Below are positions 1 through 9,776 of a stretch of 64,000 nucleotides of DNA, piece after piece. Under the pieces are notes generated by a model, which was not told the DNA's origin, made no database searches, and saw nothing but the letters and a program-made list of their open reading frames with translations. The position numbers were made by a program, and so were the translations under genes. Origin of the DNA: Deltaproteobacteria bacterium. Lineage in GTDB: Bacteria > Myxococcota_A > Polyangia > Fen-1088. Within the stretch, counting starts at the first letter, position 1, and every line of letters begins with the position of its first letter. The stretch lies in the NCBI GenBank assembly GCA_033763315.1, contig JANRKS010000006.1, forward strand, positions 96,001-160,000. The letters run 5' to 3'.

Positions 1-189
1 CCGGGCTCTTGAAGTGCATGAACCCAGGGAGACTCCAAACGTGCAAAGTGGGTCATAAATTATTTCATCGGCACTCAAGTGCCTGCGTCTGCACGTATGC
101 GGTCGGCTGTCGTGCGGTGTCGCAATGGCTTTGCGGCTGCCCAATAGCGCTAAGTTAGTGCTACGCTTGCCCTAATTGGCCTCTGTATC

Positions 190-1059
190 TTGCAGTGGGC
201 GATTGTAACCGTGACCTTCTTGTACGCCGATCCTTTCACGCCGCGAAAGCCCTGGCCGTTTCGTGCAACTCTTGTGCTGTGGGCGATGGCCCTGCTGTCT
301 GCTTGTGGCGACGACACGCGTATCCTTGCCGAACGGGAGCTACCGGACGCGCCCACGTGTGACGAAAGGTCACGCCCCGATGATGTTATGCTTCTTCGCT
401 TCGAGGAGTCCACGGGTGCCAAAACTGTGGTCGATGCGCGGGGCGCACACCCTGGCACAGTCAGGGCCGGTGGCGTGGTGTCTGTTTCAGGGCCAAGTGC
501 CTGTGGTGCCGCCATGCTGTTCGAGCCTGGGCCTGGCGGCTTTCCTCTGATCGAGGTTCCTCATCACCCAGACTTTAACTTGGCGTCAGGCTCGCTTCGT
601 TTTTGGCTGCGCCTTCCAGCCGGCCAGCAGCGTACCCGCATCGGGATTGTAAGTCGTGATGCCTTCCGTGAGATGCGGCCTGGGCACCTCACAGTGTACT
701 GGGTAGAATCGGGCCATCTTGTGGTGCGCTTGCAGGGCGCCACGCAGGTTGGTGGCCGCTGTTCAGATGTACCGCTGGCGCGCGACGTTTGGACAAACGT
801 AGGAATCAATTTCGGCCCTCTGGGATTTCAGCTTTTCGTAAATGGCGTCGAGCAGACGGCTGCGCCGCCCGATATTTTCGTTCCCACGAGCTCCTGTGGC
901 ACCAACACCACGGACGGCATTGATGGCAATGAAAACCCCTGGGTCATAGGTGCCAATGCCGACGGCTCTGACGAGGGCTCAGCCGATCCTGTGGAGGGGT
1001 TCGCGCAGGGCGTGGCGATCGATAACTTCCGTCTCAGTGGCATGCGACTGCCACGCTGA
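190..1059 (+). CDS. LamG-like jellyroll (concanavalin A-like) domain lipoprotein
   Basis: Lipobox-like LLSAC; LamG-type segments GSLRFWLR, WTNVGINFG..FQLFVNGVE, WVIGA..IDNFRLS. Start uncertain. Paralog of 8828..9763. Confidence 0.65.
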   Translation: MQWAIVTVTFLYADPFTPRKPWPFRATLVLWAMALLSACGDDTRILAERELPDAPTCDERSRPDDVMLLRFEESTGAKTVVDARGAHPGTVRAGGVVSVSGPSACGAAMLFEPGPGGFPLIEVPHHPDFNLASGSLRFWLRLPAGQQRTRIGIVSRDAFREMRPGHLTVYWVESGHLVVRLQGATQVGGRCSDVPLARDVWTNVGINFGPLGFQLFVNGVEQTAAPPDIFVPTSSCGTNTTDGIDGNENPWVIGANADGSDEGSADPVEGFAQGVAIDNFRLSGMRLPR

Positions 1060-1114
1060 GGCATCCGTCGCCTCAACGGGCCCGCACGTGAGAGGCTTTC
1101 AGGTGCGCCTTTCA

Positions 1115-1130
1115 GTTGAGGAGGATCAAC
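1115..1130. promoter_or_regulatory. palindromic operator GTTGA-N6-TCAAC
   Basis: GTTGAGGAGGATCAAC (extends to CAG...CTG, 1113-1132); centre 46.5 bp upstream of ATG 1169. Confidence 0.7.
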
Positions 1131-1168
1131 TGACGGTGCATATCGCTTCGGGTTCCACTCGAGTAACC

Positions 1169-2581
1169 ATGCACATCCTCGCACCTGACTTTCGCATACG
1201 CCTGTTCAGCCGCGTTCCACTAAGCGTTGTCTTCGCCGCCACAATGCTCTGGGCTTGCGGCTCTCCCACGTCGCGAGAAGACAACACGGGCAGCGACAAG
1301 GCGGACGCCAGTGGCGACGCCGCAAGCTCTTCGGGGAGCAAAGGTGGTGCAGGGGGGGCAAATGGCATCGGCGGCAAAGGGGGCAGCGTGAGCACAGGTG
1401 GCAGCGTGGGATCGGGGGGCAGTGTGAGCACGGGCGGCAGCGTGGGATCGGGGGGCAGTGTGAGCACAGGCGGCAGCGTGGGATCGGGGGGCAGCGTGGG
1501 CACAGGGGGCGCAACGCAATCTCTTCCTACGATCTCGATCAGCCAACCCGCCAACGGAGCCAAAGTCGCCAGCGCGCGCGCTCTCGACGTTGTTGTGTCA
1601 GCCAGCGTTGCGGCACCAGCTCAGATAGCCAAAGTGGAGATCCTTGAGGGCACAACGATCCTGGGAGTGTCAACAACGGCACCGTTCACCGTTACACTAC
1701 CAACGTTGACGGCGGGAATGCGTACGCTGGTGGCCCGAGCTGTCACAGGCGGCAATGCAATGGCGAGCTCAACGCCCGTATCCATTACGGTGGTTGCGCC
1801 ACCCACGGTTTCGATCACACAGCCCGTAGCAAACGCGAACTTACCGGCTGGGGTGCCCGTCACCCTGCAGGCCGTGGCTGCTTCGGCGATGGACACCATC
1901 ACCAAGGTGGAGTTCTTCGATGGCGCAACGTCGCTCGGTGAAGTGAAGACGTCGCCTTACACCCGGGCCAATGTGAATTTGATGTCAGGTGGCCGCGAGC
2001 TCTATGCGGTGGCCTATGACAGTCTCTCGCAGTCAACGAAATCCATGGCCGTAAACGTTTTGGTCGGCGTGGCCTCCGGTGCCTTTGTGGAGCAGGGCGG
2101 TCGCGTGGTTTTCGAGGCCGAGGATTTCACGACAGCGAACGCCAACGGTGATTTGGACTGGGCTGTACAATCAACGGATGCAGGCTTCTTGGGCAAAGGC
2201 TATGTGGTGGTGGCCACGCCTAACTTCAACGTCAAAGCTAACAACAACGCCACCGAGCCATCCGCAGAACTCAGTTATGCGCTTTCTTTATCCGGAACAG
2301 GCACTTATCACGTCTACGCGCGTCGACGCTTCGAAACCAACGGAGGCGATTCACTATACTTTCGGCTCAACAACGGGACGAATGCGCTTGTAACCAGCAA
2401 TAGCCTGGGCCCCAATTTCGTGTGGGCGTATTTCGGCACCATTGAGGCTACAGCCTCCGGCAACAACACTTTCACGCTCAAGCGACGCGAGTCAAACGCC
2501 AAGATCGATCGCCTCGTCATCGACAAGGTGATGCAGCTGCCGACAGGCGATGGTCCACCCGTCAGCGCACGGGCACCTTAG
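1169..2581 (+). CDS. lipoprotein with Gly/Ser linker, two bacterial Ig-like domains and a C-terminal carbohydrate-binding-like beta-sandwich
   Basis: MLWAC lipobox; two Ig-like repeats (PTISISQPANGA..KVEILEG; PTVSITQPVANA..KVEFFDG); C-terminal VFEAEDF..GTYHVYAR..KIDRLVI. ATG 1169 preferred over ORF start 950. Confidence 0.7.
   Translation: MHILAPDFRIRLFSRVPLSVVFAATMLWACGSPTSREDNTGSDKADASGDAASSSGSKGGAGGANGIGGKGGSVSTGGSVGSGGSVSTGGSVGSGGSVSTGGSVGSGGSVGTGGATQSLPTISISQPANGAKVASARALDVVVSASVAAPAQIAKVEILEGTTILGVSTTAPFTVTLPTLTAGMRTLVARAVTGGNAMASSTPVSITVVAPPTVSITQPVANANLPAGVPVTLQAVAASAMDTITKVEFFDGATSLGEVKTSPYTRANVNLMSGGRELYAVAYDSLSQSTKSMAVNVLVGVASGAFVEQGGRVVFEAEDFTTANANGDLDWAVQSTDAGFLGKGYVVVATPNFNVKANNNATEPSAELSYALSLSGTGTYHVYARRRFETNGGDSLYFRLNNGTNALVTSNSLGPNFVWAYFGTIEATASGNNTFTLKRRESNAKIDRLVIDKVMQLPTGDGPPVSARAP
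1379..1510 (+). repeat. 36-bp coding tandem repeat (about 3.7 copies; GGSVSTGGSVGS)
   Basis: Unit GGCAGYGTGAGCACRGGYGGCAGCGTGGGATCGGGG repeated directly. Confidence 0.9.
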
Positions 2582-2592
2582 AGAACCCGCGT

Positions 2593-4074
2593 CTATGCGC
2601 GCTTCTTGATCCAGTCGCGGACGGCATTGCCGAAGGCTTCGGCATTCTTGGCTTGCAGTTCTTTCCACTCGCGCCCACACCAAAGCCCGTCAGCGCCTGC
2701 CTTAAGGGCTTTGGTGGCGGCATCGTACACTTGCTTAGGCTGCACATCGCAGTTGTAGCCGGGCATGTCGAATCCGGGACGCACATAAACCTTCGCTTTG
2801 CCCGCCACCGCTTGCACGGCGCGCCGGCTTTCACGATAGACGTAGTCCGCGCTGAAGGCCGTGTCGTGCTTCCGATGCTGGTCGAGTGTGGGCTCAACCT
2901 TTGGATCGTAGCCCAGCATGCTGAGGTACATGGGATACGACAACGACTCGGGCGCATCGCCGAAGAGGATGCTTTGGTAGTTGCGTTCGTAGTGCCCCTG
3001 GGACCGGCGACCCATGCTGTCGAAATACACGGCGACGCTTAGCCAGTCTGAATGCTCAGCCATCTCGGCGTAGTTCCATGTGGCGCGCATAAATAAGTCC
3101 CAGGTCATCCCGTGATCGATGTGCCAGCCCACCTGCACCTTCGGATTGATCCGTTTGATCTGGCGAAAGATTCGTTTGCGCTGTGCCTCGCGCGAATCCA
3201 TCCACAGACGCTCCCAAGCCAGCACTTCGGGGTAATTGGTCAAAACCCGCAAGAACGAAACGAAGTTGCCATCAATGGGGCGATGACCTGCACGAATGTC
3301 TGCTCCCAACTTCTGTAAGGCTTTGAGCCCCTGTTTTGCTCGTTTCGCATCAATGTGCCGTTGCCGGGCGAGGGCTACGCAATCGGAGCAAAAGCATGTG
3401 GCAGCCGTCTCTTTGCCAAGCGTGCCCAACAGCGGTGCTGCGCGTTCCTGGCCAAACTTGAATCCATCGAGCGCTTGGTGCCCACGAACCAGGTCGTTGA
3501 TCACCGATTCCCAGTAGCGGATGTAGCCCGGTTTATTGAAGCATAGTTGATTGGTCTTGTGACCATCCGCGTCCGTCTGAGCAAACGCCTCGAAGCCGGG
3601 GATGGCACCAGTGATGACGTAAGGTTCAAGGATACGCGCATAGACCTGCATGCGGCGCGGCTTCGCTGCTTCAACCAATTCATCCAGGATGTCGCGATCG
3701 GCATAAAGGGTCGCGGGATCTTTGCCGACGAAGGCCGGGTTCGCGTAGTACTTCGCGTTGGTCTTCACCCACACTTCGGTGAGCGCGCGACCGGTCTTGT
3801 CACGCGCCACGGCTTGCTTGGGGCGATACTGGCGCGCCGTGTGCGTATGCGTGAACGTCATGACGGTGTTGATGCCAACCTGCGTCTGCATTGCGTCCAA
3901 AGCGTTGGCAATCCCGGTTTCGTACATGTCCGCGGGTTCCACCAACGCGCCCACGAACAACCTGTTGGCAGGCGGGGCGGCCGCGCGGGCCAGGCGGGGT
4001 CCCAGCGAAAGGGCGGCCATTGCAGACACAGACTGCCGAAGAAGTTGTCGGCGTCCCGGATTGTGGGAGGTCAT
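2593..4074 (-). CDS. Tat-exported putative glycoside-hydrolase-like (TIM-barrel) protein
   Basis: GRRQLL Tat signal; LDELVEAAKPRRMQVYA, LCFNKPGY and CFCSDC resemble GH-like barrel families. Family not assignable by eye. Confidence 0.5.
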   Translation of the reverse strand: MTSHNPGRRQLLRQSVSAMAALSLGPRLARAAAPPANRLFVGALVEPADMYETGIANALDAMQTQVGINTVMTFTHTHTARQYRPKQAVARDKTGRALTEVWVKTNAKYYANPAFVGKDPATLYADRDILDELVEAAKPRRMQVYARILEPYVITGAIPGFEAFAQTDADGHKTNQLCFNKPGYIRYWESVINDLVRGHQALDGFKFGQERAAPLLGTLGKETAATCFCSDCVALARQRHIDAKRAKQGLKALQKLGADIRAGHRPIDGNFVSFLRVLTNYPEVLAWERLWMDSREAQRKRIFRQIKRINPKVQVGWHIDHGMTWDLFMRATWNYAEMAEHSDWLSVAVYFDSMGRRSQGHYERNYQSILFGDAPESLSYPMYLSMLGYDPKVEPTLDQHRKHDTAFSADYVYRESRRAVQAVAGKAKVYVRPGFDMPGYNCDVQPKQVYDAATKALKAGADGLWCGREWKELQAKNAEAFGNAVRDWIKKRA

Positions 4075-4108
4075 CACCTCGATCCTACCTACAGCGGTTG
4101 GAACAATG

Positions 4109-4124
4109 GTTGACACACCTCAAT
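4109..4124. promoter_or_regulatory. palindromic operator
   Basis: GTTGACACACCTCAAT; centre 42.5 bp upstream of minus-strand ATG 4074. Confidence 0.7.
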
Positions 4125-4169
4125 GTAAATCCGGAAGCGGGCGGGGGACCGGGTGCCGCCTGGCATTCG

Positions 4170-4185
4170 GTTGACAGTCGTCAAT
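4170..4185. promoter_or_regulatory. palindromic operator
   Basis: GTTGACAGTCGTCAAT; centre 43.5 bp upstream of GTG 4221. Confidence 0.75.
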
Positions 4186-4220
4186 TACCCTGGCCGCGGT
4201 GGCCGGCCAAATCTTGGGCA

Positions 4221-6338
4221 GTGGCACGCAAGGCCTTCTGTATCGTGGCTGCCCGACTTTTCGCACTGGCGGCGGTTCTCACGTTAGGTGGCACAGCGGG
4301 CGCAGCGCCGCTGCTGCCCTACGAGGTCCACACAAAACCTCTGGTCAGCCTCTACTGCAGTAAGTGTCACGGCGCGGGCGAAAAGACTCGTGGTGACATT
4401 GACCTGCACCGCTTCGCGCGCACCGAGGACGTGCTGGCCGATGCGGCCGTTATCAAGCGGGTGCTCTCCGCACTAGAGACGCACGACATGCCGCCTGAAG
4501 ACGAGCCGGCGCCAACAAAGGTGGAACACGAGGCCCTGCGGTCATGGTTTGCTAGCGCTCTGGCCAAGCTTGCAGCGGATAGACCCAATCCCGGGAAGCC
4601 CTTGTTGCGGCGGCTGACGGCGCTTGAGTACAACAACGCGGTTCGTGATCTGTTGGGGCTTTCGCACGACGTGTTCCCGTTGCGAAATAGAATTCGCTAC
4701 AAGCGGGACTACTTCGATACCCAAACGCAGCGCATCGCCGACGAACTGCTGCTGACCACATACGACAACAGCCGGGATTATCTGCTGCCAGGGGCAGGGT
4801 TGCCACCTGAGCGACGTGCGAAGCATGGCTTTTCTCGCCAAGGCGAAGCGATGTCGTTCTCGCCGTTGTTGCTTGAGAAGTTTGTCGCTGTGGCCCAGGA
4901 GGTCGTGTACAGCGAGCGGTTGCTTGCCGAAAAAAGCCCCATTCTTGCGGCGTTGTTTTTGCCGCCACCCAAGGCTCACGCAATCACCGAAATACAACAC
5001 CGGTTGCTTGCGTTCGTTGATCGCGCCTTTCGCGGCCAGGGCGGTCGCGCAGAGTATCTGCGGTATGTGAGGCCCGCTCAGAATGCCCTTCGGCGGGGCG
5101 TCTCGTTTGAGGAGAGTGTAAAGCGGGCGCTGGTGGGCATCTTGTCGTCGCCACGCTTCTTGTTGGTTGCCGAGCAACAAGGCACTCCGGGCGTTCGGCC
5201 GCTCACCGGACCCGAGCTCGCCACACGGCTCGCCCTATTCTTATGGTCCAGCTTGCCCGACGAAGCGCTCATGAAGGCCGCGCGTGACGGCGAGCTTTGC
5301 ACCGATGAAGGTCTTCGTTTTCACGTGGCGCGCATGCTCCGCGATCCAAAGGCTGTAGCGCTTTCCGATGCGTTTGGCGTCGAATGGATGCAGCTTGACA
5401 AGCTGGCCAGTGCGCATCCCGATGAACTTCTGTTCCCCACTTATTTCTATGGCGTTGGCAACACCCGCAGCCTGGGCGAACAGATGGCAATCGAGGCAAC
5501 GTTGCTATTCGATTCTGTGTTGCTCGAAAACCGGCCCCTGTCCACGTTCGTGGACGCACCAGATCTGTTCTTGGACCGACAGCTCACGAAGCACTACGGG
5601 TATTTTCAGAACTTTCGCACGTCATTTCGGGCCGCTCGTCGCCACTTCGCCGTCGAGCTCGATAAAAAGCGGGGTGACGAATTACGCGAAATTTGGCTGC
5701 GCGTGAAGGCACCCGATCGGGTGCGCGGTGGCCTCCTGACCAGCGGCGCCGTTCTTACGCTGACCTCCATGCCTAAACGCACAAGCCCGGTGTACCGAGG
5801 CCTTTGGATGCTGGAGGCGCTGTTTAACCGCCCGCCGCCTCCACCCAATGTGGTTGTGCCGCCGCTCGACGCCGCTGCAAAGGCGGGCCAGGTGGTTTCG
5901 GTTCGACAGCAGCTTGAACGGCACCGTGCGGATCCTTCGTGTGCGGCGTGCCATGATCGCATCGATCCCTTGGGGTTCGCCTTGGCGAACTTCGACGGTG
6001 TGGGCCGCTACGTCACCACAGAGGCGGGCATGCGCGTGGATTCAAGTGGCAAGTTACTTGATGGTCGCCACTTCCGCGGGCCCGAAGACTTCAAAAACTT
6101 GCTGGTGCACGATCTCGCTCCGTTCGCGCGAGGCTTCATCGAACACCTGTTGTCTTTCGCCACGTGCCGGCCGTTGAGTGCGATCGATGATGTGGTGGTC
6201 AGGCAGATTGCGGAGGCAACGGCGGCGCAGGGATATCGCTTTCACGATGTGGTGCAGGCGATCGTGCAGAGTACGCCGTTCCGTTTCACCAGCACATCCC
6301 CTTCGTCCTCCTCTCACAGCGGGGTCGCCCAACAATGA
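4221..6338 (+). CDS. DUF1592/DUF1588-family protein with additional N-terminal planctomycete-type cytochrome c domain (two CxxCH)
   Basis: CSKCH..MPP; RRLTALEY; SPRFLL; ELATRLALFLWSSLPD; SPVYRG; CAACH.RIDPLGF. Start estimated (GTG 4221). Confidence 0.85.
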   Translation: MARKAFCIVAARLFALAAVLTLGGTAGAAPLLPYEVHTKPLVSLYCSKCHGAGEKTRGDIDLHRFARTEDVLADAAVIKRVLSALETHDMPPEDEPAPTKVEHEALRSWFASALAKLAADRPNPGKPLLRRLTALEYNNAVRDLLGLSHDVFPLRNRIRYKRDYFDTQTQRIADELLLTTYDNSRDYLLPGAGLPPERRAKHGFSRQGEAMSFSPLLLEKFVAVAQEVVYSERLLAEKSPILAALFLPPPKAHAITEIQHRLLAFVDRAFRGQGGRAEYLRYVRPAQNALRRGVSFEESVKRALVGILSSPRFLLVAEQQGTPGVRPLTGPELATRLALFLWSSLPDEALMKAARDGELCTDEGLRFHVARMLRDPKAVALSDAFGVEWMQLDKLASAHPDELLFPTYFYGVGNTRSLGEQMAIEATLLFDSVLLENRPLSTFVDAPDLFLDRQLTKHYGYFQNFRTSFRAARRHFAVELDKKRGDELREIWLRVKAPDRVRGGLLTSGAVLTLTSMPKRTSPVYRGLWMLEALFNRPPPPPNVVVPPLDAAAKAGQVVSVRQQLERHRADPSCAACHDRIDPLGFALANFDGVGRYVTTEAGMRVDSSGKLLDGRHFRGPEDFKNLLVHDLAPFARGFIEHLLSFATCRPLSAIDDVVVRQIAEATAAQGYRFHDVVQAIVQSTPFRFTSTSPSSSSHSGVAQQ

Positions 6339-7636
6339 AACGAACAACTCTGTCTCGTAGGCATGCACTTCGCGGCGTTGGCGTGGCCATGTCGTTGCCT
6401 TTGCTTGAGGCCATGCTGCCGCGCAAGGCTGCCGCAAAGGCGCTTGAGAGTGAGCCGTTGCGGCTGGCGTTCATCTACATGCCCAACGGCGTTCGGCTTT
6501 CTAGTTGGGTTCCGCAGAACACGGGGCCCGACTACGACCTCTCGCCCTCCTTGCGTCCGTTGGCGCCCGTTCGTGATCACGTTCTTGTGCTTTCTGGAAT
6601 GCACCGCGTGTTTGCACCAGGCGTTGACGCACACGCTCAGGCGGGATCGTGTTGGCTCACCACATCGCCAGCGGACGAGCGTTTGGACGATGGCTACCCT
6701 ACGAACAAAACTGTCGATCAGGTGGCCGCCAGTGTGTTGGGCAAAACCGCGCCTTTTCCTTCCCTCGAATTGTCATGCAACGATTTTAAGGACAACCGAG
6801 AGACCAAGTACTACGAGAAGATCTCCTGGTACGCGCCTGGCCACGCCGCCGATGCGGAAACCGATCCGCGCGCCGTGTGGAACCGCCTGTTTGGCGAACA
6901 AAAGACCCAGACGCGCAGCCTGTTGGATCTTGTGGCCGATGACGCCCGGCGGTTGACCCGGCATTTGGGGCGCGCGGATCAGCATAAGCTGGACGAGTAC
7001 CAAACAGCTGTGTTCGCCATGGAGCAGCAGATGGAGCGCTTGTCGAAAGCTCGCAGGACACAGAAGGTGGCTGTGCACGGACCCGCAGCCATTCCAACTG
7101 AACGCGGCGACTATATGCGTTTGATGGGCGATTTGCTGGCGTTGGCTTTCGAAACGGATCTGTCGCGGGTGGCCACTGTGCTGTTCGATCCTGAACGCTG
7201 GAACTCTCCGCGAACGTACCAGGGGTTCCTGGATGGCTCACACAACCACCATCCGCTTTCCCACGGTGTGAGCACCGGCAATTGGGACAGCTCGATGGAA
7301 AGCTTGGGAAAGATCGACGCGTTTCACGTCTCGGTATACGCCCACATCATCAAGACGTTGGCGGAACGCAGGGGGCCCGATGGCGTCTCCTTGCTTGATC
7401 GCAGCGCAATCGTCCTCGGCTCCGGCATGGGTCATGGGCACGTGCATAGCTTCGCGGACCTCCCGATCGTGGTTGCCGGAAGGCTAGGGGGACGTTTGCT
7501 TCCAGGCCAGCACCTGCGTCTGCCCTCGGACACGCCTTTGGCGAACTTTTGGCTGACGTTGCTTAACCAAGCTGGATGCGCGGTGCAAAGGGTGGCCGAC
7601 AGCACAGGTACGCTCCCGATCACGAGGGCCGCGTGA
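6335..7636 (+). CDS. DUF1552 (HXXSHH) family Tat-exported protein
   Basis: SRRHALRGVGVAMSLPLLEAM; YMPNG; TVDQVAA; HNHHPLSH; ATGA overlap with upstream gene. Confidence 0.88.
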   Translation: MKRTTLSRRHALRGVGVAMSLPLLEAMLPRKAAAKALESEPLRLAFIYMPNGVRLSSWVPQNTGPDYDLSPSLRPLAPVRDHVLVLSGMHRVFAPGVDAHAQAGSCWLTTSPADERLDDGYPTNKTVDQVAASVLGKTAPFPSLELSCNDFKDNRETKYYEKISWYAPGHAADAETDPRAVWNRLFGEQKTQTRSLLDLVADDARRLTRHLGRADQHKLDEYQTAVFAMEQQMERLSKARRTQKVAVHGPAAIPTERGDYMRLMGDLLALAFETDLSRVATVLFDPERWNSPRTYQGFLDGSHNHHPLSHGVSTGNWDSSMESLGKIDAFHVSVYAHIIKTLAERRGPDGVSLLDRSAIVLGSGMGHGHVHSFADLPIVVAGRLGGRLLPGQHLRLPSDTPLANFWLTLLNQAGCAVQRVADSTGTLPITRAA

Positions 7637-8673
7637 TCGATTGGCGTTGGCTTGCGTCGATCGGCGCAGCGCTACTGACAACCGCCTGCGTCCGCGCCTC
7701 TACGCCTGCGGTGCATTCACCCACACCAGCGTTGCAATTCACGGATGCACCTTGGCCCACCGCCTTGCCGGATGACGAGGGGGTGTCCTCGGATGGGCTT
7801 GCGGCCCTGGGCCCGTGGTTAGAATCCCACACCACTGGAACGCCAACGTCCACGGCGCTGTTCCGTAGAGGAAGACTCATATGGCAACATAATGCAGGCG
7901 GCGCGACAGAGAACAGCCTTTGGCACATCGAAAGCCCAGCGATCACGGCCACGATTGTTGGTCATGAGCCGCGGCTCCTGGAAAAGGTACAACAGCCACT
8001 CGTAAACTGGGTTCCACCCGCGGCATGGCCGCAAGGCCTGCACCGCCAAAGCACGCTGGCTCATTTGCTTTCTGGAACGTCAGGCTTTCACAGTGCGGAT
8101 GAGCCTGGTGCAGATTGGGATTACGACGAGTGGGCGTTCGCGCTTGTTCCATCGCTGCTGCGTGCGCGGCCCGACGCTGCGCCAAGTCTCTCACACGCCG
8201 CGTGCCACTCGCTGGCAATGCGCTTGGGCGCGCGTAGCTGGCGTTGCGAGGAAACTTCGCAGGGATTCGGCTATAGCGTGCGTTCGAGTTTGCAGGATCT
8301 TGCGCGTGTTGGCGAGCTGTGGCTTCAGGGTGGCGTGTTCCGAGGCCAACGCTTGTTGCCCGAAAAATTCGTTGCGGATGCGCTGTCCGATCAAAGCCGC
8401 CCGGAGGATTCGTTCTTTGGCTATGGCTGGTTTCTGCGCGATGCGCGGCGGGATAAGTCTTTCCCCGCAGGATTGTTCTATCACGTGAGCGCTGGGCCCG
8501 ATGGTACGTCCACGTTGCTCGTGGTGGTCCCGGGTTGGCAGATGGTGGCGGCCGTGGGAGCGGACACACGAAAATGGGACTTCACCAAGGATGCGGACAT
8601 TCCGCCTCCGGCCATTGCAAGGTTCTGGATGGGCGAGCTGCCCAAGGTGATCGCAAGCCCCTCCGTGAGGTGA
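7633..8673 (+). CDS. beta-lactamase-related serine hydrolase family lipoprotein with degenerate catalytic motifs
   Basis: LLTTAC lipobox; TLAHLLSGTSG; PGADWDY; DLARVGELWLQGG; FGYGWF; GTGA overlap. Confidence 0.75.
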   Translation: MIDWRWLASIGAALLTTACVRASTPAVHSPTPALQFTDAPWPTALPDDEGVSSDGLAALGPWLESHTTGTPTSTALFRRGRLIWQHNAGGATENSLWHIESPAITATIVGHEPRLLEKVQQPLVNWVPPAAWPQGLHRQSTLAHLLSGTSGFHSADEPGADWDYDEWAFALVPSLLRARPDAAPSLSHAACHSLAMRLGARSWRCEETSQGFGYSVRSSLQDLARVGELWLQGGVFRGQRLLPEKFVADALSDQSRPEDSFFGYGWFLRDARRDKSFPAGLFYHVSAGPDGTSTLLVVVPGWQMVAAVGADTRKWDFTKDADIPPPAIARFWMGELPKVIASPSVR

Positions 8674-8827
8674 AAGCTTCTTATGCCCCACAAGACAGAA
8701 CAACGGCGGTTTCGTATCTCGCGCCGTGCACGTGGCGCATGGGGCGCGTGCGGCGGGTTCTTGATTCAGTCGTAGATCACCCGCGCCGTTCTGTCTTTAG
8801 TTTCGCGACGCTTCTGCCGAACACCGG

Positions 8828-9763
8828 TTGGTGCCACGTCATTCTTGCGCGAAAACTTCGCCGCTCATCTTCCTTATGATGACGTGGAGTCTCATGTCGT
8901 GTGGCCGGTTTGGCTTTGAAGAGGTTCGACCGGGCACGACGCCGGACGCGCGCTCGTACGATGAAGACGCCTTGCTGGCGACGGACGGGGCGGAAAACTC
9001 TCACGACGCGGTTTGGGGCCAGGCGGATGAGTCGTGTGCCGCTTTGGCGGCCGAAGCCACCGCCTTGTGGGTGTTTGATGGCATCGACGAGAAGGTGATG
9101 CCGGAGTTGATCGCTGGACGAAACGGGCAGGTATTCGGATCGCCCACGCTGGTTGCAGGCCCGCCCGGTGCTTGTGGATCCGCCATGAGCTTCCCTGGTG
9201 CGGCCGGTTCATATGTCTTGGTGCCCCATGATCCTGCGTGGGATCTCAGCCAGGGCTCACTCGATTTCTGGGTTCGACCCGGCCGCGCAAATGGCATCCG
9301 AGGCCTTGTGACCAGAGATCATGTTGGCGCCAAGGCGTCTGGCCATTTTGGCGTGTTTCTTCTCTCTCAAAATCGTCTGGCTGTGCGCATTCAAGAGGCG
9401 AGCTCCGCACCGGCGGGCGGCTCCGTGGTGGGGTTGTGTTCGGACACACCCCTGGAGGCAGATGCGTGGGTTCACATTGGCATCAACTTCGGCGCGCCAG
9501 AAGCCGAACTCTACATCAATGGTGTGCGCTCTCGATACGAAGGAACGTCGCCCGACGATTCCACCCTCGGCAACTTCGCATGTGGCTTGAACTCGACCCA
9601 AGGCATCGCGGGCAACCAAGAGCCCTGGATCTTCGGCGCATCCAACCATCAAGCGGACACCAGTGGCGAGGTGGATGCTTTCGCACGATCGGCTAGCTTT
9701 GGACGCATTCGCCTCAGTGCGCAGCGACAGCCGTTCAGTCTGCGTGAGGTCAGGGACAACTAG
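8828..9763 (+). CDS. LamG-like jellyroll domain lipoprotein
   Basis: LMSC lipobox-like; GSLDFWVRP, WVHIGINFG..LYINGV, EPWIFGA. Collinear with 190..1059. Start may be ATG 8876. Confidence 0.65.
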   Translation: MVPRHSCAKTSPLIFLMMTWSLMSCGRFGFEEVRPGTTPDARSYDEDALLATDGAENSHDAVWGQADESCAALAAEATALWVFDGIDEKVMPELIAGRNGQVFGSPTLVAGPPGACGSAMSFPGAAGSYVLVPHDPAWDLSQGSLDFWVRPGRANGIRGLVTRDHVGAKASGHFGVFLLSQNRLAVRIQEASSAPAGGSVVGLCSDTPLEADAWVHIGINFGAPEAELYINGVRSRYEGTSPDDSTLGNFACGLNSTQGIAGNQEPWIFGASNHQADTSGEVDAFARSASFGRIRLSAQRQPFSLREVRDN

Positions 9764-9776
9764 CTCACCCTGTGCG

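Noticed and set aside
1379-1510. 36-bp periodic repeat as a possible CRISPR array
   Set aside because: No unique spacers, in frame within a Gly/Ser linker, and no cas genes.
4161-4176. TGGCATTCGGTTGAC as a sigma54 promoter
   Set aside because: Lacks GC at the -12 position; better explained by the overlapping palindrome.
7633-8673. Antibiotic-resistance beta-lactamase
   Set aside because: Family-level similarity only; catalytic motifs are degenerate.
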